A DNA stretch of 64,000 nucleotides from Gekko japonicus (Eukaryota), in assembly GCF_001447785.1 (NCBI RefSeq), contig NW_015163130.1, positions 354,814 through 418,813 of the forward strand, given 5' to 3'. Below, one piece after another: positions 36,164 through 47,617 of the stretch (its first letter is position 1; each line of letters opens with the position of its first letter). The translations under genes were made by a program, and so were the position numbers. The notes beneath the pieces were generated by a model. That model was given only the letters and a program-made list of their open reading frames with translations, did no database searches and was not told the origin of the DNA.

Positions 36164-36542
36164 CTAGAGGAGCAAGAGAACAGACATCAGTTTGAGTTCC
36201 ACCATCCACAACATTCAAGGGATTTCTGCAAGAATGTTTCTGGAGTGTAAGAAATCCAGTGTACTGGTTTCCCCAAGTAGAGATTGGAAAAACCCCACTA
36301 CTCAGGCCATGATGGTGCTAACCAAGATGACTTGGTCTGGCTGATAAAGAACAAGTTCGGGTCAGCCAAGCTTTACTTCCTCCCAGCCAAGCTGTCCCCC
36401 TTAAAGTTTTTTGGAGGAATCACTCAAATTGAGCCAGGCCCATCCCCCCCTTACACACACACACACGTCTTCCTCATTGCCTCCTGATCTTCTACACCTC
36501 CAGTGGTCACTTCAGACCCCTGGGCAATGCTTTCCATGGGCA

Positions 36543-36761
36543 TAGGGTTGCCAGGTCTGGATTGGAAAATACCTGGAGACTTTGGGGATGGATCCAGGAG
36601 AGGGCGGGGTTTGGGGAGGGGAGGGGCCTCAGCATGGTACAATGCCATAAAGTCCACTCTTTAAAGGAGCCATTTTCTCCAGGGGAGCTGATCTCTGCCA
36701 GATGGAAATCAGTTGTAAAAGTGGGAGATCTCCAGGCCCGACCTGGGAGCTGGCAACCCTA
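36543..36761. mobile_element. TAGGGTTGCC-family hAT MITE with exact 8-bp TSD
   Basis: tagggttgcca...tggcaacccta flanked by catgggca on both sides. Confidence 0.9.
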
Positions 36762-37328
36762 CATGGGCAGCACTTTTGAGTACTCAACTGGAGTAAATAA
36801 GCATTAAATTTTAAGTGCAAGGATAGAGCAACCCAACAGGCAACTACAGGCACTAGAAGTCCAGGAACTCCAGGCCAATCAGAAAATCCCAATCAGGAAA
36901 TCCTTGTGTATCCTCTCCCCAACAGAAAATCCCAAAATATCCCCCCTACCAGGATAGAGCTGCTTGGGTCAACAGAGTCCAAGAGGCAGATGTAGCCCCC
37001 CCCCCACTCCCTGGTTCCCTCCTTTGGTCATTTGCATGTACAGAGCTGGGGAAAGGAACTGCAGTCAGGCACAAGAGCGAAGGCATCATCCCTCTCCTGC
37101 CCCAGACCTTACTCCCAAAGGTCTTACATTGCACTCATTCATTTCTGCCTCGCCCACCCCCTTCCCTTTCTGGCAATCAGTTGTATGAAATGTGTTGACA
37201 AGAGGCTGAGGTCAGCAAAGCTCCTGCCCACCCCCTTCATGTGCAGCAGAATCAAGATCCACTTTAGGGTACCAAACAACATCAGCCAGCCACAAGAAAC
37301 GCCCCTCCGCAATTCAGTTTTTACTCAC

Positions 37329-37390
37329 TGCCTTGATGATGTCCCCTTCAATCAGGAAGCTGCTTTCTGGTGCCTCCAGAGGGATCAGCG
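37329..37390 (-). CDS. ASTL: Ovastacin exon 3 (propeptide with Asp-switch motif)
   Basis: ALIPLEAPESSFLIEGDIIKA; acceptor tttccag|, donor |gtgagt; 62 nt. Confidence 0.95.
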
Positions 37391-38149
37391 CTGGAAAGAG
37401 AGAAATGGAGGTCATCATTTGATGCTTACCACAATGCAAGTTCATAGATTCAACTGCCACATGCTCATGTCACTGGGGTTGAGAACTGAATTTGCTGTCT
37501 GCAAACATTAATTTTGGCTCATGCAGTTTTGGTGCCGAAATCCTGAATGCAGCATTGACACCAGTGTTGAAGCCCTAAGACGTGTGGACAGCATCTGAGC
37601 AGGCTTCGCCACCGCCAGCTACCACTGCGTGCCAGACACCAAACAGCATCAACAGGGCATCAAATAGCTACTTAATACTTGACTAGTTTTCATGCCTTCA
37701 GAGAAAACTGACACCAAGTATAGAGGAATGATTGTTTGGAGTTTGACAAAAAAGCACCCCAGATGTTCCAGGACTTTAATAACTTCTCCAGTTTCTTTTT
37801 AGACCCTTTGATTTATGTGGAGGAATGGTGTGTGTGTGGGGGGGAGACACACAGAGGCCAATGAGGCTTCCAGCTTCCCAGGGTCTCTGTCTTTCCCCCC
37901 AGCCCCTGGGATTTTAAACATACTCAAAGGCGTGTTGGTAAACCTTAGTGAGATGTCAGGAACCAGTTGCTTGCTAAGGTTGCCAGGCCTGGCTGAGGGT
38001 TTAACGCCCTTCATTACTCTTCCAGTGGGCAGCAGAGTAGAACCAGACTAAGCTGTGAAGCGGTTACTATTTTATAGAGTTGCTTAAAATCTGCGCGCAA
38101 TTGCCGTACATATCCAGGACATAGACTCTAGCTGGGGGCAATTACTTAC

Positions 38150-38257
38150 CTTGGTTAATGTCAAGAATGTCATCTTGGGAACTACTGGCCTCTGGCAAAT
38201 TGTTTTCCTGGTTGTCCTCCTCTTGGAATGCATCTTCATGGCCATTCACAAGCAGGG
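38150..38257 (-). CDS. ASTL: Ovastacin exon 2
   Basis: ALLVNGHEDAFQEEDNQENNLPEASSSQDDILDINQ; acceptor ttttctcag|, donor |gtaagt; 108 nt, phase 1-1. Confidence 0.85.
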
Positions 38258-39821
38258 CTGAGAAAAGCAATTTTGGGGGTAGCAGCTTCAGCCCAACTGC
38301 AAACTCCCACATGTCCATGGCTATCCCAAGGAACATCTCCACCCACCCGCCAAGGAGCTCAGGCAGACATACAAACTTCCTCTACATTTTATCCTCACTG
38401 TCACTCTCTGAAGTAGGCAAGAATGAGGGTGTGGCAGGCCCCCCAAGATCATTTAGTGGGCTTTGCGCAGATCTGAACCTGGGTCTCCCAAGGGTTAACT
38501 AACACACCACACCAACTCACACAGCTACACTCCTCTTTTTCTGAACACTGTCACTCTCTAGCTCATGACCACAGTTTGAAGAAGGGATTCTAGTTCTTAG
38601 GTGACTCTCAGGCTAGCCTACCTCACAGGACTGTTGTGAGGATAAAATAGAGGAGAAGAGAATGATGTAAGCCACCTTGGTTCCCCATTGGGGAGAAAAG
38701 TAAGGTATAAATGACATTAACAAAAGAAAAGCTAGCTCTATTTTTTTATTGTGGACAGGACTTCAGCTTCTCTCACAAGTCCCTTCAGTGAGCTGCCTCC
38801 GTGGAAGACAAACATCCCCAAACTTTCAGGACAGCTAAAGTGGTCACTGGCCCAAAATAAAATATAGCAGGATTTTTAACGTAGTAGAGCTGGGAGGGAA
38901 GTGTGAACCAACATTTGGAGGTAGAATTGAGACCTTCAATGTGCTATTTACTCCCCCCCCCCAACACAGGTTATTTCAAATTAGAGTCGTGCCCCCCTCC
39001 CCCCAAAAAAGCACATCCACTGCTACAACAGAAACAAATGGAGGAAAATATTATACAGGAAAAGTCTGTTTCTTTCATTCTTCTAATGCTGTACACCAGC
39101 AGTGCCAGTTTCCTTTATAATAAATATGAGATTTCACCACAAAGCCGGGTGCTTGCATAAAATAACTCTCATCCAATTAGACAAGGAAATGTTAGCAATG
39201 CCACAAATTACTTCTTTTACTTTTAAGAAAAAAATCAAAGTACATCATTTCAGTGATCCCAACAATGGGATTACAGTCAGGTGGCGGGGGGGGGGGGAGT
39301 GTGAGGGGAGCCTTGCCAAACAGACTGTTTGGGGAGACAGGCAAGCATTCATGCTCATGGAGGCCAAAGCAGGAAAACCACACAACAGCAGCTTGCTTGA
39401 GACACTTCATAACAGCTACTACAGGATTAACTATCAAGGGCTCCAGATGAGGCACGGAGATCCCCCAGAATTACACCTGATCTCCAGACCACAGAGATGA
39501 GATTCCCCAGAGAAAGTGGCTAATTTAGAGAGTGGACTCTGTGGCTTTATACCTCACAGAGGTCCCTCCCCTCCCCAAACCCCACTCTTCAGAAATTCCC
39601 CAACCTGGAGATGGCAACCATAGTCAAGGAAGCCTCCTCTGCCAGGCTCAAATCCAGACAGAACCCTCTCACGTTTCAAAGCCGAGTTTACCATCCTTTA
39701 ATGGTACCCAAAATGTGCCACACAGTAGGGCCAGCCTTGAGGGCAGCCAACTCTTTCCTGTGACTAGAAAACATCACCTACAGACACCCCCACAACAGGG
39801 CCAGAGAGAAAAGTCCTTTAC

Positions 39822-39879
39822 CTGGCCAAAGCCAGAAAACCCCCCAAAATACAAGCCAGTAGCCAAAGGGCACTCCCAT
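39822..39879 (-). CDS. ASTL: Ovastacin exon 1 (signal peptide)
   Basis: GCCATGG start, MGVPFGYWLVFWGVFWLWP, donor CAG|GTAAAG, phase 1 compatible with exon 2. Confidence 0.85.
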
Positions 39880-40013
39880 GGCCAAAACAACAGCTCCCAA
39901 GAGACCTCTACCAAAAGAGAACAAAACGGTTCTTCTCCTGGCTATTAATGGAGACGAAAATTACAATGCTGATGTTATGGACAGCTTAAAACAAATGGAG
40001 GCCTCTGTGGACC

Positions 40014-40049
40014 TTTATATAGCATTAAGGGCCAGTGCAGGCACACCTG
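40014..40049 (-). promoter_or_regulatory. ASTL core promoter: TATA box plus adjacent E-box
   Basis: TATATAAA on the minus strand at 40014-40021, ~135 nt upstream of the ATG; CAGGTG at 40044-40049. Confidence 0.6.
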
Positions 40050-40406
40050 GAAGAGGCCTTTTCATTAGGGATACAGTTTAACCCTTTGTGTGAAACAGGC
40101 CTCTCTAACTAGTCCAGTATTTTCGAGGGAGGCTGGCCTGATGCTTTAGGGTAGGTTGCAGACAGGGAATTAGTGTGATGGCTTTGTGTGTTGTTTGCCC
40201 TTGGCATTCCAGAGGTAACCACTCCTGCCTCCGAATGTGGAAGTCCTGTTCAGCTAACCAGTAACAGCCTTGGACATGTCTAATCCCTTTAAAAAGCCAT
40301 TTACGGCTAGGGACCATTGCTACATCCTCTGGCAATGAATCTCTCATGCCCTGAGGCTTGGGAGCAGGGCCAGGAAAGAAAAAAGGGACAAGCACCACTC
40401 GGCAGT

Positions 40407-40468
40407 TCTGCATTGTGCCCAGCACTGCCCTGATGCATTCTGCATTGTGCCCAGCACTGCCCTGATGC
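40407..40468. repeat. ~32-bp tandem duplication
   Basis: tctgcattgtgcccagcactgccctgatgc occurs twice in tandem. Confidence 0.85.
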
Positions 40469-40698
40469 TAAAACACAAGGGGAGTCCTTGCACCAATTGC
40501 TGTTGAAATTAAAATTCTCTTGGGAGATTAGACAGGATAAGGATACTTAGGGAGTGCCTGCGCCGTTCTGCCTGTGGTTAGAAGGTGCAAAGACTATTGC
40601 ACCTTTGGAAAGAGTATGGGCAAGACAGCTTGCCATTCAGGGGCAAAGAGAACCTTGCATACCTCCTTAAGTGGGGACAACCTCAACTTGTGCAGGGA

Positions 40699-40894
40699 TA
40701 AGGTTGCCAGCTCCAGGTTGGGAAATACCTGGAGATTTTGGGGGTGGAGCTTGTGGAAAGCGGGGTTTAGGACATAATGCCATAGAGTGCAACTTCCAAA
40801 GTGACCATTTTCTCCAGGTGAACTGATCTCTTTCCGTTAGATCAGTTAGAACAGTGGGGGATCTCCAGCCACCACCTGGAGGATGGTAACCCTA
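40699..40894. mobile_element. TAGGGTTGCC-family MITE
   Basis: taaggttgccagctccagg...ggatggtaacccta. Confidence 0.7.
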
Positions 40895-41328
40895 GTGATA
40901 CAAGAAATGTTTCCAGTTGGGATTGCCATCTCATCAGACAGCCATCACGGCTGTGTCTAGCAACAACCTGGTGGGCAGGGATGAGGATCTGATCATTTAC
41001 TGGATGCTGATGTATGTCCACCATGCTTCTAACAAAGACACAAGAGCAGGCCAGGCCACTGTTTTCAGGTCTGTTGGCAAAACTTCTTGCATGAAAGTGT
41101 CTTTTGCATCCTGACACAACATTTATAAGGGACTTAGCAGCAGAACCTGTTTTTAATGCAAGAGAACTGGCCTGGGACATATGTATTAATAATGATTCCT
41201 GTGCACATTCCAAGTAACAAAGAGAGATTTATATGAAGATTGCCTTGAATCCAAAGATATGTCTTGGTAGAAATTTGGCTCACCATGCAGAAGATTTCTT
41301 CAACCCTAAAAGAAGGGAAAATAGTGTG

Positions 41329-41347
41329 TGGCCACAAGGGGGCAGTC
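41329..41347 (+). promoter_or_regulatory. Candidate CTCF site upstream of ASTL
   Basis: TGGCCACAAGGGGGCAGTC. Confidence 0.55.
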
Positions 41348-42289
41348 AGATTCCACATCAACAAAAATTGTAGAAAGCAGTCCGGTGGTGTGGTGAATTC
41401 TTAAAGTGGGCAGAAGAATGCTCCATGCACAAGCATCCACTTGTCTATCTCTAAAGAAAGCTTTCACAAAGGGGATTAAATAGATATACAGATAAGAGAT
41501 TTGTCATTGGCTACTAGCCACTGTAGCAAAACAGAGCTTCCATGTTTAGAAGCAGTATAATTCTAAATATGGGAAGGTGAAGACAACAAGAGAAAGATGT
41601 GGGCTTCATGGCCAGCTTTTGAGCTTCTAGGGGCATTTGATGGCCACTGCTGGAAACAGGATGCTGAACTCAATGAGAACTCAATGACAAGAAAGTGATG
41701 GGGAAAGCTTTACTTGTTTAATTTCTGCTTGTTGGATAACTTGCTGTTCAAAGCAAAACAGGAGGGCCTCAAATAAAGTGGCCACACACTACTATGCACT
41801 GTGTAAGGGCTTCCTTCTGCACAGTGTGAGGGTGCTGGTTGCCTGGTCTGCATCTGGGAAAAGCAGGAATTTGTTATCTAGCCTACATGGAACCTCCATG
41901 TACAGAGGCAGTGTACCTCTGAACACCAGATACAAGGGCCAAACAATTGGGGCCAAACAACTGTCTCCTTTGTGGTCAAGGAATGTTGTGCACCTTGTCC
42001 TGACTCAGCAAGGACATTTTTATGCTCTTCAGCATGACAACAATGCTGCTTCCCTTACTTAGTTGTTGAGGAGTTGTGACATAGTTGTTGAGATATAATG
42101 CATGTNNNNNNNNNNNNNNNNNNNNNNNNNNNNNNNNNNNNNNNNNNNNNNNNNNNNNNNNNNNNNNNNNNNNNNNNNNNNNNNNNNNNNNNNNNNNNNN
42201 NNNNNNNNNNNNNNNNNNNNNNNNNNNNNNNNNNNNNNNNNNNNNNNNNNNNNNNNNNNNNNNNNNNNNNNNNNNNNNNNNNNNNNNNN

Positions 42290-42750
42290 CTGGTAGATGG
42301 TGTTCTGCAATTCAAGATCTAGCCACGTTCTTGGGAATTGCAGGTGTATCTTTGCAGGATTCTTGCTGTTCCAAGCAACACTGTTTTCTGGAGCTGAGCT
42401 GGTATTATTTGTTCAATACCCAGAATGTCCAGGTGTCTCTTGAGACTTCTAGGCACTGCTCCACGGGCTCCAATGACAACTGGCAAGATGGTCACCTTCT
42501 TCTCCCAAAGGCGCTCTAACTCTATTAATAGATCTTGGTATTTTGTGATCTTCTCCTGTTCTTTCTCTTCTATTCTGCTGTTCCATGGGATTGCAATGTC
42601 AATGATCCAAACCGTGTTTCTCATTTTTCCCCCTACAGTTGTGATATCAGGGGTGTTATGCTCCAGGTGTTTATCTGTTTGCAATTGGAAGTCCCAAATA
42701 ATCTTTGTTTCATCATTCTCTGTGACCTTGTCTGGTTTGTGTTCCCATTA
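42290..42750 (-). mobile_element. R4/Dong-clade non-LTR retrotransposon 3' fragment (restriction-like endonuclease domain)
   Basis: WEHKPDKVTENDETKIIWDFQLQTDKHLEHNTPDIT...IIDIAIP...EKITKYQDL...VVIGARG...QKTVLLGTARIL. Confidence 0.85.
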
Positions 42751-42993
42751 ATTTCTGGCTTCATGTGTGTTCATGTATGATATTATTTATAGTCAGTTTC
42801 AGCAATTTTACTGTAGTGAGTTGTAGTTGTTGTTATTATTATCTACATATAGTATGTCCTATCATGTTTAAAGGGCAATAACGAAGGGAACTGTCAAGTA
42901 AGCTGCACTGACACATCCTACACAGAATCTATTTCCTTTGCTATAAATGAACCTGTACCCTAATATAATCCCATGTATGAGTTCCAGGAACCT

Positions 42994-43195
42994 GGATAGC
43001 TCAGATTAGCCTGATCTTGTCCTATCACGGCTGCTAAGCAGGGTCGGCCCTGGGTAGTGTTTGGGTGGAAGACCACCAAGGAATACCAGGACTGTGATGC
43101 AGAAATAGGCAATGGCAAACCACCTCTGAGCATCTCTTGCCTTGAACACCGAATGGGGTTGCCATAAGTCAGCTGTGACTTGATGACACTTTCCA
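42994..43195 (+). mobile_element. 5S rRNA-derived SINE with RTE/Bov-B-type tail
   Basis: gcctgatcttgtc...gctaagcagggtcggccctgggtagtgtttgggtggaagacc (5S-like head) followed by ggcaatggcaaaccac. Other copies at 47417-47617, 62430-62632 and 63455-63640. Confidence 0.8.
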
Positions 43196-44753
43196 AGACC
43201 ATGCGTTCCAGGAGGTTGGGAAGAAGCAAGCTGAGGCTATAAGACAATCTGGGACTGCACCCACACTCATTGTTGGATATGGCCAGGGGTCATTTTGTAG
43301 AAAAAGAGGTGCAGGAGCTCATTAGTATAACTCATTAGCCTAACTTATTTGCATATGACACCCTCCCTGACATCACCAGAAGTGTGTCAGAAGGCAACAC
43401 CCACCGCTCAGGCTCCACTGGACTGTTTTGGATTCCTAGCTATTGGGGGGAGGACATGCAGATCTGCCCTCGCAGAGGAGGGAGAGCTTGTACCTGAATA
43501 AAACTTGGCCTTAAAGGTGCCACTGGACTGTTTTGGATGGGGGGCCCTCTGCAACTTACCTGGCTGCTTCTTGCCCTGACTGAGGGCTGCTGGGAGCAGG
43601 GGGTGTGGCTTGTTGCATGTGCCCACCCCTGGGCTCTTTACTGCCAGAGCACCGCTCCTGTGCACTCCTGCAGGAAATGACCCCTGGATATGGCACTATT
43701 TTTGTGCTACAATATTCCTATTTACAACTGGATCGGTTTGTCCACACATTTCTGGATGACTGGTATAGCACAACTGGTTTATACTACAGCACAAAATTAT
43801 GTGGCTGTTCATCTTGACAGTCAGAAATGTACAGCAAATGACGCCAGTTTCCCCACTAACCACCACTCCAAACCTCTCTTACACAGAGGCTTCTGTCAAG
43901 CCAGGATCCCCCAGGGTTCCACACACACCAAACCCTGTAGTAGGAGATGTTAATCCATGTGCCTTAACCACTCCGGCTAAAGGACAAAGTGCCTGCACCT
44001 TTTTCCAGATGGTGCCCTAACAAGGAATGTCAAACACAGAAGTTGTCTCCCAGCCTGCAGGAAAGGGCTCTGCTACCCCTGTGGAAGGATTGAGCTCAGC
44101 GCCTTGTTGTTTCCAGGGAAGAGGGTACTCCTTTTGCAACTTTTCTTGGGAGAGTCAGTGTGGACTTGGAGAGCCACTGTCTCTTAGGAACAAACAGCTG
44201 GGCCTTTACTTAGATAGGGGATAGCAGTATGAACTGGAATAGGTCTAATCTCACCCCAGCCATTAATCCGCTCCCCGCCATCAGTCGTAGGTGGAGAATA
44301 ATGCGGACTCAGTTTACAAGATCAGGAATGATGTATGCCGCATGCTCGAAATACTTGAAATATATAAACCAGAATTACAACAGTTGGGCTGAGACCCCGT
44401 GAGAGCATGAAGGCACATTTCTGCTGTGTCTCTGCGTGCGTAAGCAGGCCAGTGGGAGAGAACATCTGAGTGTGACTAAGTTTAGGGACTGTGTCGGCGC
44501 CCCCCAAGCGAGTGAGCGGCTGTGTCTGGGATTCTGTTCTCGGCACGAAAGCTTTGATTTGCCTGAGTGGGCTGAAACGAAGTGGCTGAGTAAATTTAGC
44601 ACGTATGGAAAATTTCTAGCTGTGCGTGTGGGTGGCTGATGCGCGCAGAGGGACTTCAGCGGCTTTTTAGAGACGGAACACCAGCGGAGGGGAAACCATG
44701 GTGAGGGTGACAAATCGCAAGAGATGGCCTTTTTATCGCCCCTTTGCTGGTCT

Positions 44754-45191
44754 CAGGGCCGGCTCGCTCACTAGGCGAACTAGGCATTCGCCTAGAGAGT
44801 GCCGGCCCCTAGGGGCGCCAAACTGCACCCACCCACCCACACCAAAAGCCCTGCATTTCCGCGGCTGGGTGACCCCTGCCACCGCCTGCCGCCTCTTTGG
44901 CTGGCTAACTTCTCCCTGCCTGCCCCCTCGGCTTCCCAGCGGAGTGCTTCTCCTCCTCCTCACAACCGGGGACTGGCAGTTGCAGTAGCAGCAGCAGGGC
45001 CAGGGGAGTGGCGGCTTGTGAGTGCCCTGCCAGTCAGCCTCTTCTCTGGGTGCCCTGACGAGGGGCACCAAACTACACCTGCCCCCCGCCAAAGCCCCCC
45101 GCTGGCTCTGACCAGGGGAAGCGCAGGGGGGCATGGGGGGCGCCATAAGGGATCCTCGCCTAAGGTGCAAAATAAGCTGGGGCCGGCCCTG
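44754..45191. mobile_element. hAT non-autonomous element (CAGGGCCGGC TIR) with exact 8-bp TSD
   Basis: cagggccggc...gccggccctg flanked by gctggtct on both sides. Confidence 0.9.
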
Positions 45192-45211
45192 GCTGGTCTT
45201 TTGAATGGCAC

Positions 45212-45432
45212 TAGGGTTGCCAACCTCCAGTTCGGGCCTGGAGATCTCCCGGAATTATCACTGATCTCCAGATGAAAGAGTCCAGCCCCCCTAGAGAAAA
45301 TGGCTGCTTTGGAGGGTGGACGATACGGCTTGGAAATAGGGCTTGATGTCCCTCCCTTCCCCAAACTCCACCCTCCCCCAGGCTTCACCCCCAAATCTCC
45401 AGGTATATTTCAGCCCAGAGTTGGCAACCCTA
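45212..45432. mobile_element. TAGGGTTGCC-family hAT MITE
   Basis: Perfect TIRs, TSD aatggcac/aatggcag; a further copy follows at 45606-45808. Confidence 0.88.
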
Positions 45433-46573
45433 AATGGCAGCCTGACAGGCAGAAGTTAAACCAGTGAAGCAAACATCGGGAGATGGGGAAAACCTTGTCA
45501 TTTCTGCACGTCAGGCTCTTGCTATAGGCACAGGAGCAGGGCCAGTAGAAGAAGGTGGCAACTGTCCTAGATTAAGGGCCAGTCAAGGGCATATTCAGGA
45601 GCAGATAGGGATGCCAACCTCGTGGTGGAGCCTGGGAAACTCCTGGAATTACAGCACATCTCCAGACTCCAATTCCCCTGGAGATAATGGGTTTGGAAGG
45701 TGGACTCTATAGCACTATACCCCAATGAGGCCCCTCCCCAAACTGTACCCTCTTCAGGCTCCACCCCCAAATATCCAGAGGTTTCCCAACCTGGAGCTGG
45801 CAACCTACCCCCCACCGGGGGCCGGAAGGTCCCGGCAACCCTTGGAGCAGAGCAGTCTGGATCATGGGGTGTCACCCTGAATTAAGCAGGAGAGGAAGAT
45901 CTTTCTGCCCAAACAATTTCCGCACGCTAGCTCACTTGCGGGAAAAGGCACCGGAGCCAGGCCCAAAGGAAAGCGGCTGCCCGGCTGCCACACACTTTGG
46001 TAATGAAGGCGTGGCGCCACTTCCAAGGCCTGGATCTGACAAAAGCAGCAATCCAAACCAGCTCAGCGCTGGGTCACAGGAAGTGCTTAAGGGGCCTGAG
46101 TTAATTCAGGCTGCCAGAGAAGACAAAGGGGGAAGCTGGAAGATCTTAATCACACCCGAGACAGACACAGAGACGGCAGGTGTAGCTGTGCATCTACGCC
46201 AGGCAGGATGTGGATGGGTTTCCGAAGCAGCAGAGCTTAAGTGCCGGGCTCTGCGGATCGTCAGCTAGTGGCAGGTGGCTGCAGGGCAGATGCAGACTGA
46301 GCTCTTTGTGTGGCCCCGTTTGACCCGGAGAGGAAAAGATTACCAAACGTATCCCTCCTCCCTCCGCAGAGTGACCCCCAACCTGCCACTCACAGCTGAC
46401 TCCTCCTGCCAAACACCCCCGGCTTTGGCTCCTGCTCAGAAAGGATGGCAACCAGCTAACATCCAGAGATGGTCTGATTGACGGGCGCCAGAGGTCTGCT
46501 GGGGTCCCTGGCTCAGAAGGGGAAGGCATCGATCATTGTCAGCTTCCTCAGCTGGCTCTGTCAGTGTAAAGAC

Positions 46574-47145
46574 CGCAAAAAGAAGAAAGAAACTGTGAGG
46601 TAACTGCGCTAGATAATATTTCAATAATAATCACAAAATTGTACAAAAATGTGTGCAGATAATTATATAAATATACAAGACAATAGAAAATGATGTGTTG
46701 ACGATGGTCTCCGGAATGCTGTATCATTTCGATACTATTCTTCTTCCGAGAGTGAATGAAAACAGCGACTCTTGGTCTGTCTTTTCAACTAGTAGGTATC
46801 AAAAATCCATAATATTCACCGATGTATCATGACTTAATTGCAAGAATTTCTCTGACAGAATGTTCCTGGGGCAAGGTGCTTGTATAAGGCATTATACAAA
46901 AGACAGACCAAGAGTCGCTGTTTTCATTCACTCTCGGAAGAAGAATAGTATCGAAACGATAGAGCATTCTGGAGACCATCGTCAACACATCATTTTCTAT
47001 TGTCTTGTATATTTATATAATTTTCTGCACACATTTTTGTACAATTTTGTAATTGTTATTGAAATATTATCTAGCGCAGTTACCTCACAGTTTCTTTCTT
47101 CTTTTTGCGGTCTGTTCAGTGACTGTGTGACCATCATTTTTGAGC
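46574..47145. mobile_element. Penelope-type fold-back insertion: 216-bp inverted arms, 112-nt spacer, 18-bp TSD
   Basis: Arms 46570-46785 and 46898-47113; direct repeat ctctgtcagtgtaaagac at 46556-46573 and 47146-47163. Family assignment is inferred from the architecture. Confidence 0.7.
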
Positions 47146-47416
47146 CTCTGTCAGTGTAAAGACAGCAGAGTTGGCCCCAGTCTGTTCTCCCCTGGCCGCC
47201 ACAGTCAGCTTGAAGAGGCATATTCTGCTGACAGTTAGGTCAAACCTGATTTCGACCAAGCAGTGGCAAAGGGCAAAAGATTCCCTGACGCCAGTCTCAA
47301 CACAGCCATGGACTCTCAGCGGGCCACAGAAAGATCCTTGCTTGATCAGAGAGGTGGAAGTGGTTTGAAAAAGGAATCACAGCTCATAGTGGGCCCACCC
47401 ATCCCACCCTAATCTT

Positions 47417-47617
47417 GATGGCCCAGGTAAGACTAATATGGTTAGATCTCAGAAGCTAAGCAGGGCCAGCCCTGGTTAGTACTTGGATGGGAAGCCGCCA
47501 AGGACATCCAGGGTTGCTACGCAGAGGCAGGCAATAGCAAACCGCCTCTGTTCATCTCTTGCCTTGAAACCCTTATAGGGTCGCCATTAGTCAGCTGTGA
47601 CTTATCAGCACTTTCCG
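47417..47617 (+). mobile_element. 5S rRNA-derived SINE
   Basis: gatctcagaagctaagcagggccagccctggttagtacttggatggga...ggcaatagcaaaccgcc. Confidence 0.8.

Noticed and set aside
47417-47520. 5S rRNA gene
   Set aside because: Diverged from 5S and fused to a retroposon tail found in several copies, so it is a SINE.
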